A DNA stretch of 64,000 nt from contig CM060733.1 in the NCBI GenBank assembly GCA_030704615.1, positions 47,430,001-47,494,000 on the forward strand, written 5' to 3'. This DNA comes from Takakia lepidozioides. Its lineage: Eukaryota; Plantae; Bryophyta. Each line of letters opens with the position of its first letter. Positions within the stretch are counted from its first letter, which is position 1. Below the pieces are notes generated by a model. That model was not told where the DNA came from. It saw only the letters and a list, made by a program, of their open reading frames with translations, and made no database searches. A program made the position numbers and the translations under genes. This document shows, piece by piece, positions 35,641 to 48,432 of this stretch.

Positions 35641-36384
35641 ACCCATCAAAGAATCCAACACAACACCTCGTTGCCTTATCAGTAGGCTACAACCTCCTCC
35701 ATTCTAATTTATTTACTAGTGTTGCCACAAGTGACAACTTCTGAGAACAATGTTCAAATTTTACAAAAAATTCAACGTTAGCTTTGGCTGGCATCATATA
35801 TATACATATTCAACGTTTATTTCATTTTCAATGGAAATATATTTTATGCAAGAAAAAATGAATAATATAAAAACTTAATGCAGGAGTGCAATCTGATCTG
35901 ACGGTACTTCCGCCGGTTCAGGGAGCGTCAGCTTGTTCAAACGGAAAGCAGTAGCCCTTAAGAGTGAAGTGACACCATAAATTACGTAGGCTTCAGCTAG
36001 AGTTTTTTTATTCCTTTCCATTTTTTTCTTTTATAACTCAATATCTCTTTATATTTAAATTTCAAGTAAAACTTAAAACAGATCTTAAGGAAAACATCTC
36101 AAATAAATCTTAAATTACAAATATTATTAATTATAAAATAAAAACATATTCAATCAATTGAAGGTACTTTTAAATTTATTTTATTTTTAAAAAACAAAAC
36201 AGGGGCGAGGTACTTTTCTTATTATAGAGGTCAAAGACTCCGGCTAGAGCTGAAATAACTTAGAGCCAAAAGTTTGTTTTCCTTCCTCCTTCAATATGGA
36301 CATTGAGAGTATTGGGAGAGGCGTGGGGCAACAATGTTGTCCCAATTAATTAGAAAGTGTCTACATTTTGTAACTTTCACTAGG

Positions 36385-36635
36385 GTAGCCTGTGCCGTTG
36401 GCCCAAGTGTCCAGTGTCATCTAAGTCCAAGTGCAATCCCCTATCTATCCCATTGCGTCTCTATATCGAGGCCAAGTGCGACCTCTATTGTAGCCTTTAC
36501 CGTTGGCCCAAGTGTCCAATGTTATCTATCTCCGAGTGCAATCCCCTATGTATCAAAGTGCGTTTCCTATGTCGAGGCCCAAATGCAACCTCTAGGTAGC
36601 CTTTGCCGATGGCCCTAGTGTCCAATGTCATCTAA
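36385..36635. repeat. ~105-bp tandem repeat, ~2.3 diverged copies
   Basis: ccg(t/a)tggccc(a/t)agtgtcca at 36395, 36500 and 36606. Confidence 0.8.
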
Positions 36636-36652
36636 GTAAGTTTTTTTCCACA

Positions 36653-36735
36653 GAGCCCACAACCTGATTTGAACCAGAGACCTTTTCCTTGATATCTCTC
36701 ATGTCGAGGCTCCGATCATTGTGCCAAGAAAGCCC
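36653..36735 (-). mobile_element. Degenerate tRNA-like / SINE head
   Basis: Minus strand gggct...TGGCACAATGA (A-box-like) ... GGTTCAAATC (B-box) ... gggctc. Confidence 0.3.
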
Positions 36736-39700
36736 ACTTTGCAATTTTTCGAGAATTTCCAGCAACCCAAAGTACTTGAAATTCGACATCTCCCACACCG
36801 CATGTCCAACAATCATGAGACCAACCGCTCCTCACCCCTCCTCACCGAGGGCTTTCCAATGGTACCAAGCACCAAGGCTGGCCCCGCAGTTTGGGACATC
36901 TCAAATCTACAAAACAAAACAAACAAAACAAAACAAACGTCTCTCGCTTCATATATTGATTTCTACTTCATTACTCTATAATTTCGGCATGAGTCATTTA
37001 AAAAGTAAGAATGCAAATTAGTTTCACGTTATGGCGGTGTCCCATGCATAAGCCTTCGCGGCACGGTTGCTCTGAAAGAGGTTATTTTTTCCTCTCACTA
37101 TAACTAAGGGGCCTGATTTGTGAGCTGACACTCCCAGGTGTTTCCCCTTTTTTTTTTTTAAACAAAAAGTTTCATGGACATACTAGTAATTGTTTGCAGT
37201 TGTTAGAGCCAAGGTCACTTAAGTTAGTACTGTTTATTGGATGTCATCCATTATGACCAATCTGACTATAAAAAGAAAATATCATTCGTTAATCAGTCAT
37301 CTAATGTGTGTATAACTTTTTGAGTGTTTGGGGGAGGTTTGGGTAACCCCATTGTCTTAGTTATGGCCATTAGACTTGAAGGTGTCCACCATCCAAATGG
37401 AGGACAATAATCCTCTTAGGTCAAATTTGTGGTTGTTTCAGCCTGAGTCACTCTTCTACTAATTTTTTCATAAATTAGTTATTAGGTGTATGCAACACAT
37501 TAGTATCATCCAACTACTTTCTATTTTACATATGTTTTAGAGAAAAATCCTGAAGATAGTTCAGGTGAACAGTTTTAGAAAGAAACATGGTGATTCTCTA
37601 TCCTAACATGTTCCCAATTTGTTCCCATGTGTACGAAAGAGTTCCAAACAAAGGTGTACATTACACGGCCATTAAATATCATGCATAATAAAAGTAAGTT
37701 CAACCATACATGAAATAATTACTATATAAACTATGAATTAAACATCCTTTATGTGTTGATTGAGTATATATTTTTGCAACAATATTAATACATATATGCC
37801 ATGTGATTTGTCTCACTTGAGTCAAAATTTTAGATAGGTAAATATTTATAATGTGCACTATCATTTTTTCTAAAAGAACCTTTATTTGAGCATCCTTCAA
37901 GTTTGATGCCACCACATTATCACCAACACCAAAATTGGTACCAAGAGTTTACCAGAAGTTTCACCAAATTTTCACCAAAAGTGTAGCAAAATTTCACCGT
38001 TCATGATGCCCACATTCACCGATTAGGGATCTCGTGCAAGGTTATGAAATTCTCTGCTCACAACCGTGGTTGGGAATCAAAAACTTCGCTTCATATTAGT
38101 CGAGGCAACAATTTGAGCATCATGTATGACATCTCTACTACATTATCTATTTGGGTCATCTCTCACAAACAATTTGTGCTCTTGTAATACTGCCACTGCA
38201 AAAAGGTCGATGATACAATGAGGCCAGAGTTAGCGACACGAAAAGGATGCTCCACAATACTGGCCTCAAAAAGGCATACTAGGTTGTTTTCGGGGCCTGG
38301 TGACCAAGTGCTCCTTCAAGGAGAACTTGAATGGTCTCCTTATTTACCATTTTGCTCGACTCTTCCAATCTCAGTGTAACCAGAATTAAACCTGACCTTC
38401 AAGTTCCAAACCAGGAGGATGAGAGCATTTTTTGTATAAACAAGAAATCCCAAAAGGAGAAGAAATGTCCAAAAACTTTACTCCATAAGACTAAGATTTA
38501 ACTGATTGTTCTACTACTGAACTCCATGGCTAGGATTTCGGGCCATGAACCGGTGCCTCAACAAAAACGCAATTGTACACCTACTAGAAAAGTAAGAGAG
38601 GTGTGCAGGGAGTCACATAGTTATTATGATGTACACTCGGTGCACTAGGATTCAGTCCACATTACACATATTAATCTTTACCCATAAGAGTGAAAAAACA
38701 GGTCTATGTAGATTGCTGAGTCCGCCATAGCTTGAGTAGAACAAAAAGTAGGGCAATGTAGACAACAAGGGCTATTGCAGGGAGGATACAAAGATGAGAG
38801 AGTTGCTCGAAGTCTATGTTTTTGGAACCTCTTTCACTGAGAAACATGTACAGCGCATCAATAATTGAACTCAAATATTGACCCGGACTCGCACAAACAA
38901 GAATTAAGAGTGAAGTTAGTGAAGTGAAAGAAATTGGTGCTCATCTTGTTGGAAGCGGAACCCAAAATAACACCACTTATTACAAAGCTAGGAGGAGATG
39001 TTAGGGTTTGTGGCATTACCAAATTCGGATCCTAAATGACTGTCTTAAGCTCCAAATCCAAATGACAATCCATCTTGTTCCAGGTGCTCAAAAGAAGGTA
39101 CTCAAGCCCATGACAATGTAAAGGTCCATAATTTCTTTAATGCCACGAGCAAGGATAAATCATGTTAATGGCCCAAAGCGATAATTTATGGCGTCTCTTG
39201 TAAAATTGTGGATTGACCCCACAACCTCCTAAAGTCTAAAATGAACTAACTCTTTCAAATCCAAACTATTTAGCTTTAAGCTAGTTAATGTACTATTGTT
39301 ACTTTCTATCTTCTAATATTTAGGTCCAAGCTACTTTTAGCCTCAAGGTACTTGTAGACCCAAGCGAATGCGAAGTCCTTGCCTTAAAGGCGTGGCCCAT
39401 TAAAAATGGAAAATGATAAGTGGGGATCCATGCCCAAAACAAAGTTGGGTTCCAACGTTCCAACAACTTAGATTGTGTCATTGATGGTCAATTCTTTTCT
39501 TCTTTTTGTCTATACTTGGCTTGAAACCAGTTCTCCATTGTTGTTCAACAGCCAGAACATGTTTTCTTTCTGGTAGTAATGATGAGAGCATTGTACAAGA
39601 CTGTTGAACAAAAAGGCCACTTTATACTAATGAATGTGGCGCAATTAGCAGATTGGATTTTAAACTGCCTTTCCACTCATTGTCCATGTGACACTTTGCT

Positions 39701-41093
39701 TGTGTAGCGACTTTGGCTGGCCAAAATTTTAGGGAGGATGCTTTCTCCCATCCTTGTAAGACCCAAATGAGTTTCTGGTTTTTATTAAATAATTAATTTT
39801 TCGAGAAGGGCCGGAGCCCTTGAAATGCATTGGATTAGGTGAGAAAATGAACCACAAAGATGGCCGTGAAGCAGAGGTTTTTTTTTAAATTCGAAAAATA
39901 GCACGAGTGGCTACAGAGTTTTGCAAAAATTAGGCATATATTCTGTTCATCCACTGAAATTAGGACAGAATCGTAATTTCATCCATTCATCCTACAGAAA
40001 TCTCAACTCTGTCCTACAGAACACTTCTTCTTCTACTGCCCTCTATACTACTTGGCGAATTCATCCATTATTTTATTTTATTTTGAGAAATTTGGCGATT
40101 TCATCCATGAAAAAACATGGAATTTACTACAGAATATTCTTTTCTATTTTTTGAGGTCGCCATTTGGCAAAAATTCGGAGAAAGAGGGGAAATCACAAAA
40201 TTACCCAAAACCTGTTTAGCTTAATAAATTAAGAACTTAAGATTTTATTTTTGTTTTATTTTTCATTGCAAGGCCGCTGGAAGGGCCAGAAGCTCAAAGT
40301 TGGCTCCTCTTTATTCCAAAGAAGAGAGTACGTATCAGTGTCAAAAATCCCTTATGGTGCCTTCCCCGAGTGTCACCTCCTTCCTTTGTTGAAAACTACT
40401 TCATGAAGTGCCTCAAGGTAACACCTCCCTTAGGTAACATCTCTCTTATTGAACAATTTATTTGGATGATTTTTTAAGTTTATTATAGATGAAAGTAGAT
40501 TTCGCTATTCACAAAAGAAGCCATACATGACGCCGCTTGTTCTCATTGGGCGGATGGTTATTTATCATATTCATTCCTTCTAAGAAAAGGTCGTTTTTAT
40601 TACACAATTAATAATATTGGGTGACATGGACAGTGAGCATAGAAAAGTTGAAAGAAAAAAAAAAAAAAAAAGTTGACATCTAAGCCTCATTGCATTTCGA
40701 GGGTTTTAATCCTCCTCCATTAACTGGGTAAAATGTCCTGAGCTTTGTTCATTTTCCCACAAAAAAAAAGAGAATAGAATGGAGAAAGAAAGACTGGGTC
40801 ATTACAAGTGTGGGGCCCATGAGTCCTTCTATGGTGGGGTTCGAACACCAAACTTGGGGTATTCCCATTCCCAGATTCCTTGGTTACAGATAAATAATAT
40901 TTTTCATATGGGTAGAAATGTCAGTAAGTGGATACATAATGTGAATAGTGAAAAACCGGATTTCACCGTGGTAACAAGTTGCATGTATGGAGTGGTCGCG
41001 CAGTCAGGGCAAGTTTTGTGTTTTGCTTGTTTTGCATCGACACTCCCATCGATCGATCGAGAGATGCAGAGATTGCGGGATTTGTGGGAGAAG

Positions 41094-41159
41094 ATGAGGA
41101 TCCAGCATGGCGATTTGCTGCAGAGTGCGAGGAATCAAGCGATGCAGCTGTGGAGGTGA
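41094..41159 (+). other. uORF MRIQHGDLLQSARNQAMQLWR in the 5' leader of CID paralog 2
   Basis: Read directly; its stop overlaps a second uATG (TGATG). Confidence 0.55.
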
Positions 41160-41213
41160 TGGAAGGCCAGGGAAAGGCGAGAGTTTGGTGAAGGGAGAGA
41201 GCGAAGGTGGAGC

Positions 41214-44200
41214 ATGGCGGTGGTTGACAATGCAGTGATGGGCTTGCCCATGAGCATGGTGTCAATGGCTCGGGGCTATCCGCTGATTTCTGCAGAGGTG
41301 AGTGAGAAGGTTGCGGATGAGCTGTACGAACAGCAGCAGAAGGCGGCATCGTTACATCCGCAGCAGCAATCGCAGGCGCAAATGCCGCGGGTGAATGGAG
41401 TTGGGTCCCGGGAGAAGGAGGGTGATGAGGAAGCAGGAACGCTGGATGCACGCAGCAATGTATCTGACAGTATGCGGGAACTAGAAGACCTTCTCACCAA
41501 GCTCAACCCTTTAGCAAAGGAGTTTGTTCCACCTTCTCTCGTAGACGGCACCTCCGGTGCTCCGGCAGCAACCTCTTCCAAGGGACAGCCGCGAAAGGTA
41601 TAGCTAAACGTTCTCTTGTCTCTGCTCTGTCTTTTTGGTTCCTTCGCTGCTGATGCCGACGCTTGTTGTGATCTTCGACTTGTATCTGATCCAGTTGTGC
41701 GAACCTGGTATTCGGCTGATGTGTTAGAAGAAGAACGGCTACAATCAGGGTACTAAAAGAAGAGTCAGTAGCCGCACAAGCCGGGCACAACGGGAAGACA
41801 GTATCCGAAGGACGGTATATGTGTCAGATATAGATCAACAGGTAAGCACGACTTCGCTGCCGCACATTCTTGGTTCTTCCTGTTGACGATTACTTCTCTT
41901 CCTTGGAATTGGATCAGTCTGATCAGCTGAACATGAAAGTTGATTGTGCAAGAACTTCTCGCCTTAGATGCTTACTTACCACCACGACCCTCGACTCCTG
42001 CTGCCCCACTCCTACACACCCTACACTTCGCAACAATTACGTCACTTACACCCTTAATCCTCAACAAAAGAAAGATTGAAAGTGGCCAAATAACAGAGAC
42101 ATGGGGTGGGGTGACCCGATCAGGAGTGACCCTTGATGATGACAACTTTCACGGAGCTTGCCACAGATTTTCCAAGTTTCTCTCTTGGTTTATAGGTGCA
42201 TTCTGTTGGTGAAAATTGCTGTCTTTGTGACATTGGGGTAAGTCAGAGTATATTGATTGTGTGTACTCGCTTTTCTGTTTGTGGAAGGTGACAGAAGAAC
42301 AACTTGCAGCTCTTTTCATTACGTGTGGTCAGGTAAACTTTCGGATTTCCCAATTGACTAGTATAAAAGTGCAAGTGGCATGGTGATATGTCTGGCTTAC
42401 AGGCTTGTCTCAGTTTCAGGTGGTGGGCTGCTGGGTGTGTGGGGACCCTGACTCTCTGTCTTGATGATATTTCTGGCTTATAGGCTTGTCGCATTTACTT
42501 TTTCAGGTGGTGGACTGCCGGGTTTGCGGGGACCCTAACTCTGTTCTACGTTTTGCGTTTGTTGAATTTACTGATGAAGGTAAGCTGTGTGCATCTGCTT
42601 ACAGATCTTTCTGAATCTTTCTGTTTAATTCGGCTACATGGGTTTCACACCCCTTGAAATTGAACTCTCAATACTGATTTCAAGTTGTTGGATGTGTGAT
42701 TGTTCTCACAATCTTGTTGCCACTTGATAATCAGAGGGTGCACGGGCAGCACTGAGTCTTGCTGGGACGATGTTGGGATACTATCCTGTTCGGGTCTTAC
42801 CTTCTAAAACAGCTATTGTGCCAGTCAATCCAACTTTTCTGCCTCGGGTACGCAGAAATTGATCTGGATGTTTTGTCTCATGCACCAACATGCACGGAAC
42901 AGTTAGGATGCATGCTCATAGCTTTGAGGTTGCATCTGTGCTGCACAAGTTTGTTAGCCAGTGAACTCTTAAGAGTAGGACTGTTTTACATATCAGCTGC
43001 TTGCTTTGTTTATTAAGTACTGCATATTGTTCATGGAGGAAAGGGGTGTCAGTTCTAGAACATATCTCGTCACTCTGGTAGTCGTTGTCATGTCATTGTT
43101 CTTGCCGTTTTGTTCACTGTTGGGTATTGACAATCGATTTTTGTCTCCAGTCTGAAGATGAAAGGGAGATGTGCGCCCGCACCATTTACTGTACAAATAT
43201 TGACAAGAAGGTGAAGTGGAAGGGAACAACATTTTTATGTTCCTTTTCATCATACTGTTCAACCATGTCAATGTGTTGCAAATGCACATTTTGCAACAGT
43301 CTCACCTGCTCTACATTGAGGAATTTTTTTCCGTTATGTGTGAGAGCTTGTGGGCTTGAGAGTAGCGGACTTATCATCATGTGCCCAAATGCAAGGTTTC
43401 CGCTCTGAGGAGGCTGTACCTTGGATGCAGGTGTCGCAGGCTGATGTGAAACTCTTCTTTGAATCATTGTGTGGCGAGGTACGCTTATGTGATGTGCTTT
43501 GACCAACTCTTTTACCTCATTTTGCTTCCCTCTATTTCCGTAGTAGTACTACACTGTGTCCTCTGCTCAATGCACAGGGAGGGTGGTTTGGGGACTAAAA
43601 CTTACTCTGATGGGTATCTGCAAATGGCTTTCGTGATGGATGTGTAGGTTGCACGGTTGAGATTATTGGGTGATTACCATCATTCTACACGCATTGCATT
43701 TGTGGAGTTTGTAATGGTGTGTACATTCTGCCCCACTTTCTCATAGGGTGCACTAATTATCTGCAAGGTTGTGATAGGACCTTTCTTGATGTATGCAAAC
43801 TTTGTGTTTTGGCTTGTGGAAGTTGACCTATGGCTCTATTTCTCAGCTCTTGTAATGCTCTTTAAGACGCCAATCTGGTTACCATACACCTACTTCGGAT
43901 CCTTTGTAGAGGCTGTGGCATATTAGGCCACCAGGATCTGACAACTGTAAGGGCAAGCACTTGTGAGGGGTTAGGTCTGAGGAGTTTGAAGAAAGTGCCA
44001 GTTGGGTAGTGGCGGTTGTGTCTTTGTGGAGCTTACTGAAGTGTCATAGTGCACTTTAGTCCAATCAAACTGTGGGGCGTTCTGCTTGGTGTGGATTTGT
44101 TCTTCTCAAGGAAATTGGCTGATAGTAGGAATTGGGTGATCAGGTGCAACTTTTTGTACTGCTCATTGTGCAAAGCCTACATCTGTCATATAATTCTCAT

Positions 44201-44626
44201 TCAGTAGTTTTCTTAGCAATTATGGGTATGGCCTTGGGACTCGCAAGCAGGGGGTTGGTGTGACTGTATGCAGTTTGGTTCTTACTGGGATGGGCGGCAA
44301 GGTTGAGGTTGTGCAATGGAATTTAGTAGTTGCAATGGGTTGATCTCTTGCAATACCTTGACTTCATGATCTTTGGCAGGCGGAGAGTGCAATGAATGCG
44401 TTAAACTGCAGTGGAGCTATTTTAGGCTCACTTCCAATTAGGTGAGAGAAGCCTTTCATTCTTTCAGAAGACTGCATGTTTTGTCTTACAAAGACTGGAA
44501 ATTCGAGGCCACACATTTGTTGCTTGGCACCTGACGTATTCTTGGGATGTGTTGTTCTGGCTGTTCAGGGTGAGCCCATCAAAGACACCTGTGAGGCCTC
44601 GATCTCCTCGTCCTCCTATCCGTTAA
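41214..44626 (+). CDS. PAM2-motif, 2xRRM RNA-binding protein (CID8-13 type), paralog 2; 10 exons
   Basis: Same motifs and intron positions as 22340-25181; ends ...VRPRSPRPPIR* at 44624-44626. Confidence 0.9.
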
Positions 44627-46029
44627 TCTATTGTGCTGCCAGCTTCAATTTTGAAGAAGCCTTGGCAACCGTCTCTGATCACTGCAACTTTAGTGTTGCT
44701 GTGTCAATAGCAATGGGAGTTTTGTCACGGCTTCCAGACTGTCGGATCAAGCTTGGATGTATTGAGCAGGAAGGGCAAACGTCATCCAATGTAGGCTTGG
44801 CAACTGTGACAGCTGGTCATTATTCATCTACTTCCAGAGCTCTAGTGTCAGGAGGGGTGACGGTGGTGTCCCCTTCTGTCTGGTCTGCACTTTTCAAGAT
44901 GAGTGAAAGTTCGGTCTATGGTTGTGAAGTGTGAGCGAGCTTTTCTTTCATTTTGCATCTGCTATACTTTCTGGTTTTGCGGAAGGGAAAGATTTGGCGG
45001 GTGCAATTTTTTTCCAGATAGTGCTAGATTGAGGGGGCTCTGGCTAGTAACCACTGAAATAATGGATTTTTATCCGTAATGCCTAAGGCGTTATTTTTTC
45101 TTGAAGTACTCTGAATTGAATTCATTGAATAGCATACATTTTGGTTCTGCATATCTAAAACTGTTGAGCTTGGTCAAGGACACCTGAAATTTCTCACATT
45201 CAAATGGGTCAGTTTGTCGGAGTAGCTTGATGAACATGGCCATCTTCATCAAGATAAGTTAAAGTTTTAATCTAGAAACGGCACCATTTTATGGTTGTGG
45301 GGTTTATTTTAACCCCCTCCGACCATCAGCCAGCCGCTTTGTTTGGTAAGAAGATAAATGTAGCCCTCTCTCTTTCAAATGACTCCTGACTCATGAAAAA
45401 ACAGAAAACAGAGCATAGGTCTCAGTGTGAGAAGTTTATATAGAGGTGCAAAGGGAGAAAAATGTAAGAAGTCATCCAAGTCTGGAGTCAGGGATTGAAT
45501 GTCCAACGGTGGCCCTGCATCTATTTTGATACTGCAGACTGCAGTTTCAATCCGATGAGGAAGGCTCCTGCATGAACAATATAAACTGAAGATCTGGTGG
45601 GTCGTTTGAGCTCTTTCGCCTGAAGGTTTGATATGCACAGCTGTTTTATCAACATTTATCGTTGTCTATTTTCTAGGGGCCGCGAAGCGTTGTATTTGCA
45701 GTGAGGGGTTCAAGAACGGAGGAGAATGGAGATTTTACAAAAAATGAAGACGTGTGTACAGGAAAAGGTGGTGTTCGGCCACTTGAATTACCATGTCCAC
45801 GGCAGTTTCTTCACAGAAAGAGATATCGAGGAGAAAGGAGTATTAGTTGCAACAACCAGTTTTGAAAGTAGCTTTGCAATGTCATTTTCGTCATTCAGAT
45901 TGTGCATACACCATTTGTAGAGATGGAAATTAAACCACGTGGCAGGTGAATGCATTCCAAAACTGAGAACCGGTTGAAATGTTGCGTTAAGATGACGAGT
46001 GTACAGCAACTTGTTCATACAATCGAAAT

Positions 46030-46335
46030 CAAAACTGTGGAGAACTGCATTGCAAACTCAGATTTGCTGAAATCTCATTTTGTGATGAGCAGCAGCACAG
46101 TATACACACCATCTTGTTGAGATGGAAATGAAAATCAAAACCTAGGGGAATTGCATTGCAAACCTTAGCTCGAATGTCAGTTTGTGATGAAACAGCAGAG
46201 TACATTTCATAGCATGGAAATGAAATCGAAATGGGGGGGAATTGTCTTGCAAACTCAGGTCTGCTCAAGTCTCATTTTGGGATGAGCAGCACAGTGTACA
46301 CCATCTTGTTGAGATGGGATTTAAATCAAAACTAC
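46030..46335. repeat. Diverged ~95-105 bp repeats downstream of the LEA-like gene
   Basis: ttgcaaac...tgtgatga.cagcac/gagt...gatggaaatgaaa blocks occur about 3 times. Confidence 0.55.
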
Positions 46336-46397
46336 TCCGGGGAAACTGCATTCCAATCCACATGTACTTCTGCTTCTTGCAACTACTCTATCGATCT

Positions 46398-48131
46398 TCA
46401 CTTGCTGGTAGCGTCCTTGGCAATACCTTTGGCTTCCTCCGCTTTTGAGGTAACAGTGTTCTTTAGATCCTGCACAAGCCAATGGGTTGAAATTAGTATG
46501 AATTACACGTCCCACTGTTAGCTCACCAGTTGAAAATTTCAACAGTGTCAAGCTCCAAATCAAAAACCCCAGAGACAAGGCGACACACCTGGAAACCATC
46601 TTGAAGGGAACCGAACAAGCTTTTAGCATTATCACCGCTGTTGTCAGCTTTGTTTTGGACCTCGCCTACTGTCTGGTTTGCCTTATCCGCAGCGTCACCA
46701 AAAATGTTCTTGGCGCTGTCACCAACACTGCTAGCGTTGGTTTGGGCGCTGTCGACTACATTCTTCGCACCTTGCTTCGCCTCATCGACATTAACACCGG
46801 AAGCATCACTCACATCACTCACCTGTGACGATACATCCAAGAGGGGAAAATGCGTTTAGCTTAAAAGCAACAATCACAGACTCGCAAGACGACAATAGAA
46901 ATCTCAGCTTGGCTTAGTTTGTGTGACAGAGAAACATGGACGGCGAAAGGTTAGCATTGGTGCAATCTCGGTCAGTTTCGCATACATGTATAAAGCTCAG
47001 ATATTCCGAGACATGTCAACTAACAATCCGACCGCATGACAGACCTTGTCTTTTCCAAAGAGTTCCTGCACCCTTCGTGACGCCTCATTTACGTTGGCTT
47101 TTGCTGTCTCCACAGCGCTGTCGGCTGATCCCTGCAACTCCTTAACAGCTCCACTGCCCGACCTACATTTCATGTTTACGCCTCATCAGAACTCAAAAAA
47201 CAACCAGCTACTGGGGTCTGTAGTAAAGTTTACGCACGCCAAATTCGGCATCTTCATCTTGAGCAAGACGAGAGCTTGCAGAATGTGAAAGCCGAGATCG
47301 TCTCAGCAGTAATCCTGTTCAATCCAGATCCACCATGCAAGTGTTCTCAAAGCAATCTTAGAAACATCCCCATTCAAATTGGGAAACATACTGTTGGGCA
47401 ATTTTAGAAGCATCCCCAGCTGCTTCTCCAACTCGGCCAGGCCCAAAACGCTCGGGAGCATCGTTTAAATTTATACCATCGGCGTTCTTCAGCAGGTCAG
47501 CCGCCTTCTCAGATGTGCGCTTGGCTCCATCAATGCCAGGGCCCGAAGCAGCAAAAGCTTCACGGCCAGTAGAGGCTAGCACGGCACCTGCTGCCATCAA
47601 ACCTAGCATCTCTCTTCTTGCTGTGCGTTGCCCCTGCATCAATCAAAGCCTTCCACTGCTTTACTTCAAAGGAAAAAAACCACCATTCACGAAGCCTCTG
47701 GCCAGATCAAGCGAATGAAATCATTGTCAACTGATGCAAATTTCCCCTCGCATTTGTGGCCACGATAATACCTAGGTCGGCCCATTACTTGAAGAAGTAA
47801 GTGGACAATACCGATTCATGAGGTCAGCATACTTCCATTTCGAAGAAGTCTGACCACAATCCGATAACGGCCATAGTACCTTTGCAAAACATTACCATTC
47901 CCTGAGAATTAACATCGGATCAGCTCCAGAGAGGGAAGTTTCTACCTCTGAAAGCTGGCTGGCCCTGGCATTGACGATTCTCATTGCCTTCAAACATGAA
48001 GATGAGCGCACAGGGGCGAAGTGCACCGCATGGGAACCGAACGCAGCGCCGGAAGACAGCATCGACGCATCTCTAAGGGAGGGGGCCACCAACGTCGAGC
48101 CTGCAGCAGTCACAGAAGTAGAAGCCGCCAT
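46398..48131 (-). CDS. LEA-like (group 3-like) hydrophilic protein with a bipartite chloroplast/thylakoid-lumen (Tat) targeting peptide; 5 exons
   Basis: Ser/Ala-rich transit peptide; RREMLGLMAAGAVLASTGREAFA (RR, hydrophobic core, AxA); A/K/D/E/N-rich repeats (DSAKNIFGDAADKANQ, DNAKSLFGSLQD); no Cys or Trp seen in the mature part. GT-AG introns. Confidence 0.75.
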
Positions 48132-48289
48132 CTTCAGTCTGGAGAAGGACAGTGCTCAAACAACAAACAACAATCTTGCAATACCACTACCCCTCAGCAA
48201 AAGATCAGAAGAAACCGGAATGAATCTGGTGATTGAGCTCGCACTAAATCGAAACAGCTTAGATAAGTGTTAGAGAGGGGAGCTCGCTG

Positions 48290-48432
48290 ATTTATACTCC
48301 GGAAGCCCAAGTGCATTCCCTCCCCAGGACTGCCCATCGGGCCGCCCATATCTCGGATCTTCCAGAGAGATGAGCAACGCGTGGCGCAATGCCTTCTTGT
48401 CCGATACCTGGATAATATGCCCAGTACGTGTC
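48290..48432 (-). promoter_or_regulatory. TATA box plus ABRE / coupling-element motifs upstream of the LEA-like gene
   Basis: TATAAAT on the minus strand at 48290-48296; ACGCGTGGC at 48377-48385; ACGTGTC at 48426-48432. Confidence 0.6.

Noticed and set aside
37900-39800. Possible degraded retroelement coding sequence
   Set aside because: Only vague peptide hints and no diagnostic RT, integrase or RNase H motif.
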